Shown piece by piece: positions 58,389 to 64,000 of a stretch of DNA of 64,000 bases. The notes under the pieces are model-generated. The model saw only the letters and a list, made by a program, of their open reading frames with translations, ran no database searches and was not told the origin of the DNA. Made by a program: the position numbers and the translations under genes. The DNA comes from Isurus oxyrinchus. Lineage: Eukaryota. The stretch spans positions 3,286,001 to 3,350,000 of the forward strand of contig JANJGN010000052.1 in assembly GCA_026770705.1 (NCBI GenBank), in the 5' to 3' direction. The stretch's first letter is position 1; the number at the start of each line of letters is the position of its first letter.

Positions 58389-59624
58389 GTGCTGGGCAGT
58401 TCCTCAGCAAGGATTCGGGCCACAAAACATTGCGACTGCTGTGGGTCTGCGCCACGATTTAGAGAGCTGTGCTTGGCACGCCTATTCTAGTCCCAGTCCA
58501 GTGTGGTGGGGACAGCCTGGCAGTCCTGGGTTGGTGGTGCCCAGCATGGTGTGAGTGACGTGGTCAGTCCCTCACACACGTCCATCCTGGGGGTGGGTGG
58601 CTTGATACTAGGTCGCAGGTGGCACAATCCCAGTCAGGGGAGGCATCTGCAGCCTGTCAGTGGGGAGCAGGTAATATAGAGGGTAGGGGTGGGGGTGGGA
58701 ATCGAGGGGGGCCGGTGGTCTCTGTAAGTCACAGTACAATGGGCCTCTAGTTGGAGAGAGGTCAGGTCTACATGGGGCATTGGGATGTCAACATCAGACA
58801 GTCTAGGGAGGAGGACTGGGATGTGAACCCCGAACACAATAAGATCAAGGATTAGAGAGGAAGGGAGGAGACTGATTGGAAGGAGGGGAATGTGCACATT
58901 ATGCTCCTCCAGCACGATGGGAGGGACTGTGATGGTTACGGGGGTGGGGGGGGGTGACGTGTGAGGGGATAGACGCTTACCTGGTGGTATTGCCTCAGCC
59001 TCACCCTTTTTCAAGCTGATCCAATGTCGCAGTTGAAGAATAAGCTACAAAACAAATTGGCAGGGGAGGTCTCCCAGGGCCTGTGGGAGACATCACCCAC
59101 TGCATCTTCGGCCTGTTTGAAGGGGCACCCGAACAATTCCGGCTTTTCCAAATGATGAGGAAGACACAGCTGCACCCCGAGTCCCCTACTGGGGATCCAG
59201 ACGGTTGCAATAGCGCTGCGAGGGACTCATGGGCTCCACAGTGACTCCCTAATTAGCGACTGGAAGGTTTATGTTCATTTATCTTTATTATCCGTTCAGA
59301 TTGAGCAATGGAGCTCCTGATTTGTCACCTTTCTGTACCTCGTCCAATGCTTCTGTTATCAGGACTTCCACATCGATGTGAAAGAGCCATGATGATAGCA
59401 GACAGTCGCACAATGGGAATGGCACTAGGCCAGTGATCCAGAGGCCCAGGTGAATGCTTTGAAGGCACGGGTTCAAATCCCACCACAGCAGCTGGAGGAA
59501 TTTCGATTCGATTAATCAATAAATTTAATTGATTGATACATTTTTTTCTTATTCATTTCAGGGATGTTGGTGTCACTGGCTAGGCCAGTATTTGTTGCCC
59601 ATCCCCAATTGCCTTTGAGAACAT

Positions 59625-60568
59625 ATGGATATCTGAGTTAGGATCAGGAGTAGGTCACTCAGCCCCTCGAACCTGCTCCGCCATTCAGTAAGATCATGGC
59701 TGATCTGATTGTCACCTCAACCTCACATTCCTGTCTACCCCCAATGACCTTTCACCCCCTTGTTAATCAAGAATCTATCTAGCTCTGCCTTAAAAATATT
59801 CAAAGACCCTGTTTCCACTGCCTTTTGAGGCAGAGTGTTCCAAAGACTTACTACCCTCTGAGAGAAAACATTTCGCCTCATCTCTATCTTAAATGAGCGA
59901 CCCCTTATTTTTAAACCATGACCGCCTAGTTCTAGATTCTCACACAAGAGGGAACATCCTCTCCATATCCACCCTGTCAAGACTCACCTGGATCTTAAAG
60001 GTTTTAATTAAGTTGCCTCTTACTCTTCTAAACTCCAGTGGATACAAGCCTAACCTGTCCAACCTGACCTCATAAGACAACCCGCCCAATCCTGGTATTA
60101 GTCTAGTAAACCTTCTCTGAACTGCTTCTAATGCATTTACATCTTTCTTTAAGTAAGGTGACCTTACTGTACAGAGTACTCCAGTTGTGGTCTCACCAGT
60201 GCCCTGTACAACTGAACGTAACCTCCCTACTTTTCTATTCAATTCCCCCACAGTAAATTATAACATCCCATTAGCTTTCCGAATGACCTGCTGTATCTGC
60301 AAACCAGCCTTTTGTGATTCATGCACGAGGACACCCAGATCCCTCTGCATCTCAGAGCTCTGCAATCTCTCACCTTTTAGATAATAATCTTCCTTCTTGT
60401 TCTTTCTGACAAAATGAACAATTTCACATGCGCCCACATTATTCTCCATTTGTCAGATCTTTGCCCACTCACTTAACCTATCGATGTCACTTTCTAACCA
60501 CCTTACATCCTCTTCACAATTTACTTTCCAACCTATCTTTGTGTCAGCAGCTCATTTAGCCGCCATTC
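59625..60568 (-). mobile_element. CR1 LINE ORF2 3' fragment
   Basis: QRDLGVLVHESQK; SPYLKKDVNALEAVQRRFTRLIPG; FKIEMRRNVFSQRVVSLWN.LPQ. Confidence 0.85.
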
Positions 60569-61044
60569 CTGGGCAGTCCAGGTGCTTCTCCACCGAGGTT
60601 CAAATGAGCACAGTTTATATATTTTTTACTCTCAGTTACAAGGTAATGGTATTAGTTAGACAAAGGCCACAGCACAATGACCCTCCGGTGGGCTGATAAT
60701 TGTGTTCTTGTACAGTAATTACAGGGCAGAGACTGGCTATTGTCCTTTTGAGACAGCAAAGAATCTATGTTTGTTCGCTACAAAAGGTTTCCGGAGGCTG
60801 ACTGGATGTGGTTCAAGGCCATCGGACGGTTTGAAATAACCTTCCCCATTTCTTGATTGAGTCACCCTGTGTCCTTGTGTGTGTGTCTCCCATTTCCTCA
60901 TTGCAAATTTACAGCTGAACCCTTTGTACAGGTTTTTAGCTTTCACGTAAGGATGTGATTGTCTGTGTACGCTTTGTCACCCTAGCTGCTGGTCCTGGCT
61001 GGCTCTTTAAAATAAATCCAAATTTTCTGCACCTTCAGTGAGAT

Positions 61045-62110
61045 TCTCTCTTGTTGGAGCTGGTCATTGCCTGGCACTTGTGTGGCATGAATGTTACTTA
61101 TCACCTGTCAGCCCAAGCCTGGATGTTGTCCAGGTCTTGCTGCATTTGGACATAACTTGCTTCAGTATCTGAGGAGCCGTGAATGATGCTGAACATTGTG
61201 CAAACATCAGCAAACATCCCCACTTCTGACCTTATGATGGAAGGAAGGTCATTGATGAAGCAGCTGAAGATGGTTGAGCCTAGGACACTACCCTGAGTAA
61301 CTCCTGCAGTGTCGTCCTGGAACTGAGATGATTGACCCCCAATAATCACAACCATCGTCCTTTGTGCTGGGTATGACTCCAAGCAGCGGAGAGTTTTCCC
61401 CCGATTCCCATTGACTCCAGTTTTGCTCGGGCTCCTTGATTTGCCACACTCAGTCAAATGCTGCCTTGATGTCAAGGACAGTCCCTCTCACCTCTGGAGT
61501 TCAGCTCATTTATGCATGTTTGAACCAAGGCTGTAATGAGGCCAGGAGCTGAATGATCCTGGTGGAACACAAACTGAGCGTCAGTGAGCAGGTTCTTGCT
61601 AAGCAGGTGCTGCTTGCAAGCGCTGTTGATGACCCCTTCAATCACTTTAGTAATGATCAAGAATAGACTGCTGGGGAATTGGCTGGGTTGGATTTGTCCT
61701 GCTTTTTGTGTACAGGACGTACCCCATAGCCGGGTAGTTGCCAGTGTTGCAGCTGTACTAGAAAATTCCAGAAAAGCTTGGCTAGGGGCGCAGCAAGTTC
61801 TGGAGCACAAGTCTTCAGTACTATTGCCAGAATATTTTCAGGGCCGGGAGCATTTACAATATCCTGTGCCTTCAGCCCTTTCTTGATATCACGTGGAATT
61901 AATCGAATTGGCTAAAGATTGGCATCTCTGATGCTGGGGACCTCCGGAGGAGGCCGAGATGGATCACCCACTCAGCACTTCTGGCTGAAGATTGTTGCGC
62001 ATGCTTCAGTCTTGTCTTTTGCACTGGCGTCCTGGGCTCCTCCATCATTGAGGATGGGGATATTTGTGGAGCCTCCTCCTCCAGTGAGTTGTTTAATTGT
62101 CCACGACTGG
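61045..62110 (-). mobile_element. CR1/L2-clade LINE RT fragment
   Basis: AGVTQGSVLGSTIFSCFINDLPS...MFAD; MQQDLDNIQAWAD. Confidence 0.82.
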
Positions 62111-62840
62111 ATGTGACATCTGGAATGCGAAGCTAGTCTCAGTAATGGTGACCATGAAACTAAGGCCAATTGTTGCAAAAACCCATCTGGGTCACTAATG
62201 CCCTTTGGGGAAGGAAACCTGCCGTCCTTACCCATTCTGGCCTACGTGTGACTCCTGACCCACAGCAATGTGGTTGACTCTTAACTGGCCCCTGAAATGG
62301 CCGAGCAAGCCACTGAGTTATATCAAAACCCGCCACAGACCAGTCAAACCAGGCGAACTGCAGCACTTCGAAAAGGCAGCTCAGCACCCCCTTCTCAAGG
62401 GGTCAGTCAGGAACAGGTAACAAACGCTGTCCACATCCCGTGAAAGAATTTTGGTAAAAAGGTAGCCGTGTATCACCACCCACGGCCAGCGCCAACCCCC
62501 CCACCCCTACCTGATTGCACCAGTTTCAGATTACACCAGGTCAATGAACGGATAGAAACTCAAACCAATGAGATGAGCACAGAGAAGGATCAAGCCAGAG
62601 AGAGTTGGTGGGAAGAATTGGGAAAGCTACAAAAAAGGCAGAGCGGACACTGACACTATAACAAAGTAAAGACCAGAGGAGGAAGGAAGCAAGTGCGAAG
62701 AGGAATTGAGAGCAGAGCTGGTCGGCTGCTTGTCGAAGCCAAGGAACCTCCATCGGGCACATCCACAGTGCTGTTGGGGAGGGTGATACATGATTTTGAC
62801 CCAGGATCATCAAGTGTTGCACTGGCAGAGCCTTTAAAGT

Positions 62841-63173
62841 AAAGGGACCTTTACTACCCGTGCACCCCCCCGCCCTACAAAGCTGTTGACCTGCTGAGTC
62901 CACCTGTACAGGCAACCTCCAGACAGTTGGCTACAGAGGCCATTGCAGCTGCTGAATATGACTTCCAGTTTCAAACCCTTCATGAATGCAAGGATGGAGA
63001 ATTCAGCAGGAATATTCCTGCACATCCTGTGGCAGATCCTGTAAATAAAAGGGACCTTCACTCACTCCCCAAGGCTGCTGACCTGCTGATTCATATCTAC
63101 AGGCAACCTCCAAATAGTCAACTAGAGAAGACAACGCAGCTGCTGAATGTGACTCCTAGTTTTAAACCCTTCA
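62841..63173. repeat. Diverged tandem duplication (~62841-62982 / ~63048-63173)
   Basis: AAAGGGACCTT..GCTG.TGACCTGCTGA..TACAGGCAACCTCCA..GCAGCTGCTGAAT.TGACT..AAACCCTTCA occurs twice. Confidence 0.7.
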
Positions 63174-64000
63174 CTCTGGAAAGAAGGAATCCAGTGCAAT
63201 GGCCTCAGTATGATTCTTCACAGAAACTGATTTTAAATCTCATGTCAAAGTATTATTTTTCCTTTGCTTACATTTTAATCCCTGCACCTGATGGCTTTAT
63301 CGCTTCAACTTAAATAACTTTCAGCAGGAGCCAGGTTCAAATTGAATGGACAAGCTGGCTTGGGAGGCCAAAAGGCCTACTCCTGCTTCTGTTTATTTAT
63401 GTTGGTGTTGTTATGTAGCGGAACTAGAGAGGTTATAGCAGTTATGAGAACATTAAGCAAACAGCAGCAAGAATTGAACACCTACGTTGTGGTTTATGAA
63501 AAGGTTTTCAACCTGGTCAACTGGTAAAATCTGTTGAAAGTGGGCTATCATGGCGTGTGCCCTTTGTGAGATATTTGTAACAACGTTCTCGATGTCGGAA
63601 CAGCTTGCATTGAACAAAGCTGATCTTTACCCAGAACTTCAGAGGAAGGGGGGACAATTGTTCCCTGGTGTGGGGGGCATGGTTGGGGGGGAGGGTGAGG
63701 GAGAGACAAGTAGCCTGAAATACCAAGCCAGACACTTTGTGAAGACAAAAGTTGTTTATTCATTTTTTTTCACAAATCATAATCTTTACAATTAAAGTCC
63801 CGACAAGATGATGGTGAATCATGAACACATTGTCAGGGTCAATCTGTGCCCGGGAGCATAAAGCAGCAAAATCAGGAGCCCGCTTTACATCTCTCTGAAT
63901 TTTAACTATCATTAACCCCAGTAACATCCATTCAAATGACCTAGTCATAAGATTCCTCACACATTCACTTGCACACTCACACACCCACACCCACACAGAC

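Noticed and set aside
58400-64000. Further minus-strand Siglec exons that could feed the orphan tails
   Set aside because: No Ig, TM or leader exon recognised; the region is mostly LINE fragments and unassigned sequence.

Overview
Eukaryotic (vertebrate) genomic DNA, most likely from a cartilaginous fish; this is inferred from DeuSINE/SacSINE1-type SINEs, CR1 LINEs and Penelope elements. The window holds a cluster of Siglec-type (CD33/MAG/CD22-like) immunoglobulin-superfamily genes that the ORF track shows only in fragments because they are spliced. Gene A (minus, <1-3.6 kb) is a pseudogene with two nonsense codons in its V-set exon. Gene B (minus, 38365->14362) is an apparently intact inhibitory receptor: leader, two V-set domains, a C2 domain, ~10 near-identical 282-bp Ig exons (8 intact, 1 in a gap, 1 deleted), an uncharged TM, and an ITIM + ITSM-like tail (~1250-1350 aa). 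Gene C (plus, 47796->56943) lies head-to-head with B and encodes leader-V-V-C2, a TM with an intramembrane Arg and a short Tyr-free tail (~402 aa), so it is a candidate activating partner. Orphan minus-strand copies of the cytoplasmic exons with a broken ITIM lie between B and C. Introns and intergenic DNA contain a 33-bp SINE-derived minisatellite, an inverted Penelope-like pair with a 13-bp TSD and hammerhead-ribozyme motifs, CR1 fragments, solo-LTR-like elements, CA/TG microsatellites and many N gaps. Exon boundaries were read by eye from GT/AG sites and phase continuity; nothing was searched against databases.
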